Source: Candidatus Poriferihabitaceae bacterium (lineage in GTDB: Bacteria; Pseudomonadota; Gammaproteobacteria; Arenicellales; Poriferihabitantaceae). Taken from it: 64,000 bases of DNA. The notes under the pieces were generated by a model. It did not search any database. It was not told the origin of the DNA and worked only from the letters and a program-made list of their open reading frames with translations. Made by a program: the position numbers and the translations under genes. Below, one piece after another: positions 1 to 8,196 of the stretch (positions are counted from its first letter, which is position 1; each line of letters begins with the position of its first letter). The stretch lies in assembly GCA_965261915.1 (NCBI GenBank), contig CBDHDW010000013.1:1408491-1472490 (forward strand), given 5' to 3'.

Positions 1-260
1 ATTAAGCTAGGGTTTGGATGTTTATTACCGTCATTATTGGGTATTTTTGCAGGGATGGTGTATTGGTTTGAAATGCCAGCAACGTCGGTGAATTAGGGCA
101 GTAATGAGAATGTGACCAAGGGTGGTGGTTTTTTTGCACAGTCTCTTTCGCAGGAATGACGGGGCGGTGCAGGAACGCCGTATATTGGTTTTTTTGCACA
201 GTCTCTTTAGCGGGAATGCGGGTAGGGCAGAAGATCAGAATTAGAATGTCAGACCACAAC
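1..260. repeat. degenerate ~60-bp tandem repeat block (about 4 units), cut by the window edge
   Basis: Units 121-180 and 181-240 align in register over GGTTTTTTTGCACAGTCTCTTT(C/A)GC(A/G)GGAATG. Weaker copies at 1-60 and 61-120 share TATTGG(G)T..TTTGCA and TAGGGCAG..GAATGT..GACCA. Confidence 0.6.
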
Positions 261-317
261 TTTGGAAAAGTATTTTTCTCGGCGCTATTTATTTTGGGTA
301 TTTATGTCATTTCCGGT

Positions 318-358
318 ATTCTGTTTTAGACAGAATTCGATATAATCCGCCGCCCGCC
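318..358 (+). promoter_or_regulatory. candidate sigma70 promoter of tRNA-Gln with GC-rich discriminator
   Basis: Perfect TATAAT at 341-346 followed by CCGCCGCCCGCC (stringent-type discriminator). The -35 is weak (TTCTGT/ATTCTG). The tRNA starts at 380. Confidence 0.4.
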
Positions 359-379
359 ATCGTATTTGCCGGATATTAT

Positions 380-456
380 TGGGGTGTAGCCAAGCGGCCT
401 AAGGCACCGGATTCTGATTCCGGCACTCGGAGGTTCGAATCCTCCCACCCCAGCCA
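380..456 (+). tRNA. tRNA-Gln (anticodon CUG), CCA encoded
   Basis: Acceptor stem TGGGGTG/CACCCCA. Anticodon arm CCGGA-TTCTGAT-TCCGG gives CTG. T-arm GGTTCGAATCC. Near-identical in layout to E. coli tRNA-Gln as I remember it. Confidence 0.93.
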
Positions 457-467
457 CTTTTGTATCG

Positions 468-830
468 TTACTTTTTGGCTTTTAAATACGCGCGTTTGGA
501 AGAAATTTTCCCGCCTCTAAAAGTGAATAGATCACAGCCATCGAGTTCGAGTTGTTTGCCATCCCTGGTGGTGCCGATAAAAGTCCATTCAGAACAGCCA
601 TATTTGTCATCACCAAAGTGAATGGCATTTTCAAATCGGACATCTGGGATATCGGTCCAGACCTCGATAAAACGTTCACGAACGATATCGTGGCCCTGAT
701 ATCGGGTTCCGTACCGTGCTTTACCGCCGCCAGTTTCAAAAACGCAATCCTCTGTCATAAAGGACATAATTACGTCGATATCGTGGTCATTCCAGGCTTG
801 TGCGTATTGCTCGAGAAGAATTTTGCGCAT
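468..830 (-). CDS. SnoaL-like / NTF2-fold protein
   Basis: 120-aa ORF. N-terminus LLEQYAQAWNDHDIDVIMSFMTEDCVFE is typical of SnoaL-like polyketide-cyclase-fold proteins. Confidence 0.7.
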   Translation of the reverse strand: MRKILLEQYAQAWNDHDIDVIMSFMTEDCVFETGGGKARYGTRYQGHDIVRERFIEVWTDIPDVRFENAIHFGDDKYGCSEWTFIGTTRDGKQLELDGCDLFTFRGGKISSKRAYLKAKK

Positions 831-876
831 AGTTCGTTATAAAATTTAAACCTGCCTCAGTACCGTTGCGAACGCA

Positions 877-1179
877 TTAGATGTGATTAGAATAATCTCC
901 GACATTGTCATCTGTGTCGATATTGTAGGCATCCAGCTCAATGACATTTCTATCTGGATCCCTGACGAAAATTGCAGACATACTTCCAAAACCAAATGAC
1001 CCTGTAATTTCAATATTATGGTTAGCCATAAAAGCTTTTGCATCTGCTATTGGGGAAACAGTTAAGGCCATATGGGTGATGCCTGTATACTTTTCATCAA
1101 CATCCATCAAAATATTTTTATTGTCTGCAATGGTTGCGGGTGCCAACAGATTCAACACAACGCCATTTTGGTTTTTCAT
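877..1179 (-). CDS. VOC/glyoxalase-family protein (first ATG shown; conserved N-terminal strand lies upstream without a canonical start)
   Basis: THMALTVS...DPDRNVIEL is a VOC-type beta-alpha-beta-beta-beta module. The in-frame upstream sequence to 1350 encodes IESVNHIGIRVSDKNQSVPFYELLGF. Confidence 0.65.
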   Translation of the reverse strand: MKNQNGVVLNLLAPATIADNKNILMDVDEKYTGITHMALTVSPIADAKAFMANHNIEITGSFGFGSMSAIFVRDPDRNVIELDAYNIDTDDNVGDYSNHI

Positions 1180-1350
1180 AATAATGGGGTGTCCCTTTTC
1201 AAAACTAGCGTCCGTTGTGAGTTCAAAACCAAGTAACTCGTAAAACGGGACCGATTGATTTTTATCACTGACGCGAATGCCGATATGATTAACGCTTTCG
1301 ATATTTAGCCTATTTTCAATTTTTCTGGGAATGAAGAAAATAATTTTAGC

Positions 1351-1977
1351 TTAAACCAGTCCGCTCTGCTTAATACCATCAAACATAAACTGCACAGCCA
1401 GGGCAGACAATAGCACACCCATTACCCGGGTGATGACGTGCATTCCGGTTACGCCAAGTAAATGCTGGATTCGCCCCGCAAGCACCAGACAAATAAACGT
1501 AATCAACAGCACCACCAGCAGTGCGCCCAGCACAAGGAATTGCCCGGTTATGTCACCCTGTTGATTGGCCATTAATAAAATGACAGCGCTCATTGCACCG
1601 GGTCCTGCGATTAACGGAGTCGCTAACGGAAATACCGAGATATCAGTTTTGGAAACGGCTTCCTGTTCTTCTTCGTCGGTGGTTGATGTTCCGCCAGATG
1701 ATCTGGCAAATACCATGTCGACGCCAATTAGCAGTAACAGTATACCGCCGGCGGTACGTAGTGCGGCCAGAGAAATGCCTAAACTACTTAACAGCACATC
1801 GCCTATGAGTGCAAAGGCAACCAGAATAGTCGTTGCAATCAATGCGCCCCGAATAGCAACGGATAGACGTTGCTTCGCAGTAAGGTCTGCGGTTAAGCCG
1901 GCAAACATCGCGGCAATATCGATGGGACCGATTGTCGCGAAAAATGTGGCAAATGCCAGGCTGGCTATTTCAAACAT
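1351..1977 (-). CDS. MarC-family (UPF0056) integral membrane protein
   Basis: 208 aa, multi-TM. FFATIGPIDIAAMFAGLT and ISVFPLATPLIAGPGA motifs are typical of MarC/NAAT. Confidence 0.8.
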   Translation of the reverse strand: MFEIASLAFATFFATIGPIDIAAMFAGLTADLTAKQRLSVAIRGALIATTILVAFALIGDVLLSSLGISLAALRTAGGILLLLIGVDMVFARSSGGTSTTDEEEQEAVSKTDISVFPLATPLIAGPGAMSAVILLMANQQGDITGQFLVLGALLVVLLITFICLVLAGRIQHLLGVTGMHVITRVMGVLLSALAVQFMFDGIKQSGLV

Positions 1978-2215
1978 AACAAATCAACACTTAAGCATCA
2001 GGCCAAAGAGCCGTTAAGTCTGCTTTTGACCAGGAAGGTGAGGCGCTTTGCGCTGAAATATTGCAATACCGAATTTCCCGTGTTTAAGAGGCTATGGGTT
2101 TGTATGAACGAATTCACGGCTCTCTCTCTGATTGGAGCGTATCTTAGTGCAAAGTAACCAGCGATACCATGAGAATCGTACCCGGCATCTAGCGGCTGCC
2201 AGATTCAAGCATGAA

Positions 2216-2509
2216 TCAAGCGGGTTTAAGGATGCCCGGGCTTTTGCCGACGGTTAAATTTACATCCGAGGTAAAATTGGTGGATATAAACCCGTTCCCG
2301 GACGGGTCCCCGGGTTTCATGCCTTGCTTTGTCATGACTTCACTATGATTCGGGTCCATATCCGCATGGGCTTCCAGTTTGTCCAGACTCGGTCCATTAA
2401 AAACAGCCATAGTCGGAATGTTTCGGGTCGCCGTCGATGCCGTAGTCTCAATCGAGGTCTTGCGCTTAAGAATGCGTGCCGCTCGACCACCACTACGTTT
2501 CTGTTTCAT
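2216..2509 (-). CDS. hypothetical protein (basic N-terminus)
   Basis: 97-aa ORF and the longest in the region. No recognisable family. Confidence 0.35.
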   Translation of the reverse strand: MKQKRSGGRAARILKRKTSIETTASTATRNIPTMAVFNGPSLDKLEAHADMDPNHSEVMTKQGMKPGDPSGNGFISTNFTSDVNLTVGKSPGILKPA

Positions 2510-2683
2510 ACCCCGAACTTATGGTCAATTAGTAACCTCTAAACCTCGTTTGAGTTACACGAATAAGCTCATTATTTTGGAATTTTCGGATTCGTGAGCG
2601 AAAGCGGTCGCAAGCAGACGAAAACCCAATGATTTTCCAGCAAGAATAAAGTGCCTGCTGCTATCTACCAACCAACAGGTGCG

Positions 2684-2718
2684 GGCAAAAACAACGAGGC
2701 GACCAGTATCGCCTCGCC
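2684..2718 (-). terminator. rho-independent terminator downstream of the symporter gene
   Basis: On the - strand: CGAGGCG-ATACTGGT-CGCCTCG followed by TTGTTTTTG. Confidence 0.6.
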
Positions 2719-2750
2719 GTTAAAAACAATATGAAATTGTTTGCTTTGAC

Positions 2751-2865
2751 TATTTGCCCTTGGCTCATGTAATGCATTTGCCTCTGGCTCTGATAATCAT
2801 TTGCCTTTGGCTCATGTAATTTATTTGCCTTTGGCTCTGATAATCATTTGCCTTTGGCAAAATAC
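2751..2865. repeat. ~47-bp tandem repeat (about 2.4 units; each unit = two ~23-bp subrepeats) duplicating the 3' end of the symporter gene
   Basis: ATTTGCC(T/C)TTGGCTC occurs 5 times between 2752 and 2858. The last copy is the coding end ...AKGK-stop of the 2844-4220 ORF. Confidence 0.8.
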
Positions 2866-4220
2866 TCGCGTGTCAGCGAAATGACCACCGGGCTCAACAT
2901 CACCAGCGCGATCAGGTTTGGCAATGCCATCATCGCATTCAGTGTATCCGCCAGCAACCAGACAAAATCTATGCCCGCACGGGCACCGCTACCGCCGTCC
3001 CATGTCAACACCCAGGGACCCACAAATACCGCGAGAACCCATGCCACACGATAAAGCATCACACTCTTGAGCCCAAACAGAAATTGCCAGCATTTTTCGC
3101 CGTAATAACTCCAGCCGAGTACTGTGGTGAAGGCGAAAACAGCCAGCGAGAAGGTTACGATATAAGCCCCAATGCCGCCCGGCAAACTTCGTTCGAATGC
3201 CATCGCCGTCAAGTCAACACCAGTTTCGCCAGAACTCCATACGCCAGTCGAAACGATGGCAAGACCAGTGATTGAACAGACGATTAAGGTGTCGATGAAG
3301 GTTCCGAGCATGGCTATCGAACCTTGACGTACCGGGTCGGTGGTCGTGGCGGCAGCATGTGCAATCGGCGCGCTACCAAGACCAGCTTCATTGGAGAACA
3401 CGCCACGCGCAACACCGAAACGTATCGCCGCCCAAACTGCCGCACCAGCAAAACCACCAGTTGCCGCCGTGCCGGTGAATGCGTTACTGAAAACCGTGAC
3501 TACTGCGGCAGGTATTTCCGCGTAGTTGATAAACAGCACAATGAGACCAAATAAAATGTAAAATACTGCCATGAACGGTACCAGCCTGCCCGCCCAAGTG
3601 GCAATGCGGGTAATACCGCCAATCAATACCGCGCCGACCAAAACCACCAGCACCACACCAGTCAGCAACGGCTCAATACCGACTGTATCATCGAGCGCGT
3701 CCGCGATCGAGTTGGTCTGCACCATATTGCCGATGCCAAAAGCGGCGACTGCACCAAACAGCGCGAACATAACCGCCAGCCATTTCCACTTGGCACCCAA
3801 ACCATTTTTGATATAGTACATCGGTCCGCCGACATGCTTACCGTTTTCATCCACTTCCCGATAGCGTACCGCCAGCACGGCCTCGGCATATTTGGTCGCC
3901 ATCCCGACCAACGCGGTAATCCACATCCAAAACAACGCCCCCGGCCCGCCTATGGCTATCGCGGTCGCAACACCAGCAATATTTCCAGTGCCAATGGTTG
4001 CCGACAGCGAGGTCATCAGAGCGTTAAAAGCACTGATATCACCGACCCCCTCGGGAGTCCGTCCAGCCCATAGCAAAGAAAACCCATAGCCCAGTTTGCG
4101 TAACGGCATAAACGCCAGTCGCAACAACAGAAAAGCCCCGACACCGACAATAATAACCAACATCGGTGCGCCCCAGACTACGCCGTTAATGAAGCCTACT
4201 AATTCGTTAAGTTGTTCCAT
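2844..4220 (-). CDS. alanine/glycine:cation symporter (AGCS family)
   Basis: 458 aa, ~11 TM. SAFNALMTSLSATIGTGNIAGVATAI and GLGSAPIAHAAA are AGCS hallmarks. Confidence 0.9.
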   Translation of the reverse strand: MEQLNELVGFINGVVWGAPMLVIIVGVGAFLLLRLAFMPLRKLGYGFSLLWAGRTPEGVGDISAFNALMTSLSATIGTGNIAGVATAIAIGGPGALFWMWITALVGMATKYAEAVLAVRYREVDENGKHVGGPMYYIKNGLGAKWKWLAVMFALFGAVAAFGIGNMVQTNSIADALDDTVGIEPLLTGVVLVVLVGAVLIGGITRIATWAGRLVPFMAVFYILFGLIVLFINYAEIPAAVVTVFSNAFTGTAATGGFAGAAVWAAIRFGVARGVFSNEAGLGSAPIAHAAATTTDPVRQGSIAMLGTFIDTLIVCSITGLAIVSTGVWSSGETGVDLTAMAFERSLPGGIGAYIVTFSLAVFAFTTVLGWSYYGEKCWQFLFGLKSVMLYRVAWVLAVFVGPWVLTWDGGSGARAGIDFVWLLADTLNAMMALPNLIALVMLSPVVISLTREYFAKGK

Positions 4221-4323
4221 TGTTTTCTCCTATTTAATAGTGAATACTTACAGTGATACATCTAGCCGATTAAACCTCTGGAATAGTGAATGCTCTATGA
4301 TAAAAAGTCAAGCGGACATATAC

Positions 4324-5986
4324 ACCCAAATCCCCAGATAGAGTAGCATCAGCGCTTCAGGGCTCGGTGAATCCCTCTTTCAAGCCTTGTGGCTGGCCAT
4401 TACAGCAAATTATGGTGGCTAGTGCCGAGAGGTTTACTCAAAAACCGCTGTTCGGTGCATTATCAGTGCTAAATCGGCTATTTTTGACGCACCTGTCCTG
4501 CAGAAGCCGTTATTCTTGTTCTATGTCGGGTTAAATGGGCGGCGCTTCAAACTCCTTCAGTGCCAGCAGCACTCGTTCCAGTAGTAGTCGGTGGTTTTCC
4601 CGCATTTTTACCAAGAGTTGACGTCCCGTTCTAACCACTTTTGCCGCGATGGCGTACAGCCGCCAGCGCAGTGTTATCGCACGATGCTGGGACAACTCCC
4701 CCGGCAGCAACTGACGCATGAGGGCACATAGATTGTAGGAGAGTGCGGAGATTAAAAAGTACAGCACATTGGCAGCAAAATCTGAACACGGCAGGGTGTC
4801 GCCACCAAAATCTCGTTTCAGTTCCTTGATTCGGTTCTCGCTGTCCTCGCCACGCTGGTTGTACCAGTGGACAATCTCGCTATCGCTAAGGCTATCCCGA
4901 TTAGTGGCAATCGCACGATAAATATAAGCACCTGAGTTTATTTCCTCTGAACTGTTTTCTGAGCTATCTTCTGAATTATCTGATGAATCTAAATCCAGAC
5001 TCGCCTGGCCGGTAACGGCTGTTCTCTGAATGATAAGGGTGAAGGGTTTTTCATACTCACCGATGCAGAAACTGGTGCGGTAGGTATCCTGACCATTGAC
5101 CGCTTTGTCTTTTTTATCCAGCAAAGGCTGCCAGTCCGAAGCGCTTGCCGCTGCTATCTGCGCGCGCAGTGCGGCGCTGGTCTTGGCGCGAATGGCATAC
5201 TCGATACCCTGCTTATCACAATACTCAATGACTTTTGTTTGGTAGCCGGCGGCGTCAATACGCAGCGCCTTCACGGTACAGTCTTCCGGGAGCGACTGCT
5301 GGCATTGCTGGATAAACGGCTTATTATCTTTCGCTGGCGGCACATTGCCGTGACGGAAATCCACGGCCACGATCTGCCCGGTTTCCGCAATATGCCCGAC
5401 CATCGGCATAAAACCCTTGTTCTTGTTGTAAGTCCACCGTGCACCCGCTTTATGGGCAACAATTTCAGTGGCATCAATGTCCAGTGTGACTTCCTTACAG
5501 CGATGCAAGGCTACCTTCAATAAGGCTTTATTCACCTTTACCCAGGCAGCCTGGATTTGCGGCTGGCTTCCCATTCGCCTGAGCCAATCTCCAATCGTGG
5601 TCGCCTGGGGAAGTTTCTTGAGATCCAGCACGGTGCGCAGTGCTTCATCATCCTGAAGGTGGCGAACCTCATCCAGGTGAAAACTGCCTTCATGCTGCAT
5701 CAGGATGAGGGTCTTGATGAACTCCGAGGGCTTATACCCACGATTGCTTTTAGGCTGGGGGAAGTGCTTGTCGATTCGCTCAGACAGGTTCAGGGAGTCC
5801 ATTAGTTGAGCAATCGCCAATAAACCGGCACGAGAGGTGAGTAAATCGTTCGTTGTATCGAGTTTGTAGGGTAGAATAGTCATCAGCCTTGAGCTGTGCA
5901 CCCATTGGGTGATGGTGGGTTTAAGAGCAAACCATTATACAGCCAAGGCTTCCTGCGTTTAAGAGATTTCTATCTGGGGATTGGGG
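4324..5986 (-). mobile_element. IS1380-family insertion sequence, copy 1 (~1663 bp)
   Basis: Terminal IRs are (A)CCCAAATCCCCAGATAGA at the left and TCTATCTGGGGATTGGGG at the right (17/18 match). Single transposase ORF. Left flank ATAC (4320-4323), right flank CAAA. Boundaries are +/-1 bp. Confidence 0.85.
4531..5901 (-). CDS. IS1380-family DDE transposase (456 aa; has an extra SEDS in an acidic Ser-rich linker)
   Basis: The layout matches ISEcp1/IS1380 transposases as I recall them: N-terminal LTSRAGL, DIDATEI...KGYNP-like region, RIDAAGY, YNQRGEDSENRIKELK. Confidence 0.85.
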   Translation of the reverse strand: MHSSRLMTILPYKLDTTNDLLTSRAGLLAIAQLMDSLNLSERIDKHFPQPKSNRGYKPSEFIKTLILMQHEGSFHLDEVRHLQDDEALRTVLDLKKLPQATTIGDWLRRMGSQPQIQAAWVKVNKALLKVALHRCKEVTLDIDATEIVAHKAGARWTYNKNKGFMPMVGHIAETGQIVAVDFRHGNVPPAKDNKPFIQQCQQSLPEDCTVKALRIDAAGYQTKVIEYCDKQGIEYAIRAKTSAALRAQIAAASASDWQPLLDKKDKAVNGQDTYRTSFCIGEYEKPFTLIIQRTAVTGQASLDLDSSDNSEDSSENSSEEINSGAYIYRAIATNRDSLSDSEIVHWYNQRGEDSENRIKELKRDFGGDTLPCSDFAANVLYFLISALSYNLCALMRQLLPGELSQHRAITLRWRLYAIAAKVVRTGRQLLVKMRENHRLLLERVLLALKEFEAPPI

Positions 5987-6155
5987 CAAATAAGTTATTT
6001 ATTTTATTGTAAAGGTGCTAAAGTTCGAGCACGTATTTGTGAGACCAAATGTTGAGCCAATACGTTTCGTTAAACGGTAGTTTGTAAAAATTTTATTTTT
6101 TCGTTACTGATTTATTTTCGCCGCAAAGCGGCTGTATTTTTTAGAGGTTGTTAGT

Positions 6156-6368
6156 ATGTCAGATGAGTTAGTTACCGGGATCGTTAAATGGTTTAACGAT
6201 GCAAAAGGATTCGGATTTATCGAGCGTGAAGGCGAAGCGGATGTTTTCGTTCATTACCGCGCAATCAATGGCGACGGACGCAAAACACTACACGATGGTC
6301 AACAAGTGACTTTCGAAATCGCTGAGAGCGACAAAGGCCTTCAGGCTGGAAACGTTACACCGGTTTAA
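6156..6368 (+). CDS. csp: cold-shock protein, CspA family
   Basis: 70 aa. [15 protein letters not shown] and DVFVHY are the RNP1/RNP2 motifs. Long AT-rich 5' leader. Confidence 0.95.
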   Translation: MSDELVTGIVKWFNDAKGFGFIEREGEADVFVHYRAINGDGRKTLHDGQQVTFEIAESDKGLQAGNVTPV

Positions 6369-6375
6369 GCTCAGT

Positions 6376-6405
6376 TGGCTTGCTTAGCGGCAAGCCATCG
6401 TTTTA
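6376..6405 (+). terminator. rho-independent terminator after csp
   Basis: TGGCTTGC-TTAGCG-GCAAGCCA followed by TCGTTTT. Confidence 0.6.
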
Positions 6406-6541
6406 GTTGTAGTCGAGATGCCGGTAAGGTCTCGAGTTTTAGCCCGGTCAGGCTTTTTCTAATTTTGTCTGGCGAGGTTTGGATGCTGGCGACCAGATTT
6501 TGTTATTCTTTTCATTCTCTCTGTGCTGCTTTTCCTTTTGA

Positions 6542-6880
6542 TTAGGCGATTCTCAGTCCATTTGCCACTTCACTGTCCGGGCTCAGCAATACCACTCCGT
6601 CCGCAGCCACAACACCCAATACCAGAACTTCCGATTTAACTCCGGCTATCTTCAGGGGTGGAAAATTAGTCACTGCAACCACCTGCTTTCCTGGTAAGTC
6701 TTGCCGAGCGTAGTGCTCGGTTATTTGGGCCGATGTGGTTTTCACGCCAAGCTCTTCACCGAAATCCACTGCCATTACATAAGCAGGCTTTCTTGCCTTA
6801 ACGTTATCGTGCGCAGCGGTTACGGTTCCAACATGAATGCAAACATTCATGAAATCTTCGATACTAATTGTGTTGTTCAT
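6542..6880 (-). CDS. tRNA-binding domain protein (CsaA/YgjH-like)
   Basis: 112 aa. Pattern GTV..A......KPAYVM.VDFGE..G.K.TSAQIT........L.GKQV.AV.NF.P.KIAG..SEVLVLG. Confidence 0.8.
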   Translation of the reverse strand: MNNTISIEDFMNVCIHVGTVTAAHDNVKARKPAYVMAVDFGEELGVKTTSAQITEHYARQDLPGKQVVAVTNFPPLKIAGVKSEVLVLGVVAADGVVLLSPDSEVANGLRIA

Positions 6881-6931
6881 GTATTATTCCGGTTTTACTT
6901 TTTAACGCCAGCACAGATACAAAAATAATCG

Positions 6932-7546
6932 ATGCTAATAAATTTAGAAGCGCTAAGCACCCCCCAAGTTTACTTTACAATGACGCAGACCGTCATGCCG
7001 AGACCTGTGGCCTGGGTATTGTCCGAGAATGAAAACGAAACCTATAACCTCGCACCCTATTCCTATTTCAATGCAGTAAACAGCGATCCTCCGCTGGTTA
7101 TGTTCTCTGTCGGCGTGCAGGATGACGGATCTTTGAAAGACACCTTGGTGAATGTTCAGAAGCGATCAGAATTTGTCATTCATATTGCAAGCTGTGATCA
7201 ACTCGCGGATTTAAACCAAAGTTCAGCCACATTACCGCCCGGCGAGTCCGAAGTTACTGCTGGAGATTTATCCTTAAGCGCCGTAGAGCGTTTCAGGATG
7301 CCTCGATTAACCGATGCCAAAGTTGCGTTCATGTGTTCCGTGTTTAAAATTGAAACCATCGGCAATGTAAACCAACATCTGGTTTTTGCTGAAGTCAATT
7401 CGATCTATGTCGCGGATGACTGCACTGAAACTAACGACAAAGGCCGCCTGCAAATCAAAGCGGATGCCATCGAACCGCTCGCTCGTCTTGGGGCCGGTCA
7501 ATACGCCTCATTTGGAGAAATCCTGAAAGCGCAGCGACCAGCCTGA
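6932..7546 (+). CDS. flavin reductase-like (FMN-binding split-barrel) protein
   Basis: 204 aa. MPRPVAWVLSENE...YNLAPYSYFNAV..DPPLVMFSV is typical of the flavin reductase domain. Confidence 0.75.
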   Translation: MLINLEALSTPQVYFTMTQTVMPRPVAWVLSENENETYNLAPYSYFNAVNSDPPLVMFSVGVQDDGSLKDTLVNVQKRSEFVIHIASCDQLADLNQSSATLPPGESEVTAGDLSLSAVERFRMPRLTDAKVAFMCSVFKIETIGNVNQHLVFAEVNSIYVADDCTETNDKGRLQIKADAIEPLARLGAGQYASFGEILKAQRPA

Positions 7547-7566
7547 GTTGATTTAAGCAGGTGCCG

Positions 7567-8193
7567 TCAGCAGAGTTCGTTAATTGCTGACAGCATCGAA
7601 TCCAGCGACTCGAAATTAACTGAAATGGGCGTTGCGCGATTTTTATTCAGCACCACCAGCGACGGAAACCCCTGGATACCAAGCTGACGAGAAAAATTGA
7701 TTTCGTCAATTAATATCTGATTTGTAGCGTTCGAGTTTAATGCGGCATCGAATTGCCCAATATCCATTCTGAGATTTTCTGCAATTTCAATCAGCGTTTG
7801 ATTGTTCGATGGATTCTTTGCCTGGAGGTAGTAAGCGAGCTGGATTCCCCTGATCATGGGCCGCTCCCAATCATCTCCCTGAGCGCGTGCGGCAATGACT
7901 CCCCGGCAAGCGGGATAGGTTGAACGTCGAGGCTGGCATTCTTTCCAAAAATCAAAATTGAAAACGGTGCCTGGAACTCGCTCAGATATCGTTCTCCAAA
8001 CCTCTTGAAGATGCGCTTGCATTTGTTCAGGCATGGCTTCATTCGAATCCGGGGCGAGTCCCCCGAGGACTCGGTAATGGTTGATGTTGTGCGGGAGTTT
8101 CTCAATGAGCTTTTCGTATTGAGGCGCAAATGCCCAACACCAGCTGCACATTGGATCGTGAATATAGACAAGTGACGAATAATTATTTTCCAC
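7567..8193 (-). CDS. DsbA-family thioredoxin-fold protein
   Basis: 208 aa. YIHDPMCSWCW active-site-like CxxC and a C-terminal GFPSLVV motif. Confidence 0.8.
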   Translation of the reverse strand: MENNYSSLVYIHDPMCSWCWAFAPQYEKLIEKLPHNINHYRVLGGLAPDSNEAMPEQMQAHLQEVWRTISERVPGTVFNFDFWKECQPRRSTYPACRGVIAARAQGDDWERPMIRGIQLAYYLQAKNPSNNQTLIEIAENLRMDIGQFDAALNSNATNQILIDEINFSRQLGIQGFPSLVVLNKNRATPISVNFESLDSMLSAINELC

Positions 8194-8196
8194 GGT

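Noticed and set aside
121-240. Possible terminal repeats of a CRISPR array (two ~33-nt repeats at 60-bp spacing)
   Set aside because: Only two good copies exist. The 'spacers' between them also share similarity with neighbouring units, so this is a tandem repeat rather than a repeat-spacer array. The repeat has no palindromic core, and no cas genes are in the window. The upstream sequence is not visible, so it cannot be fully excluded.
468-4220. The run of small same-strand genes (SnoaL-like, VOC, MarC, hypothetical, symporter) as a distal part of the integron cassette array
   Set aside because: The intergenic spacers (831-876, 1978-2215, 2510-2843) contain no RYYYAAC...GTTRRRY pair with internal L-box symmetry on the - strand. 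The 46-bp SnoaL/VOC spacer is too short for an attC.
5239-5805. Antisense ORFs inside the IS1380 transposase genes (94, 62 and 82 aa, repeated in all three copies)
   Set aside because: They are shadow ORFs opposite a well-supported coding frame. They recur only because the IS is repeated.
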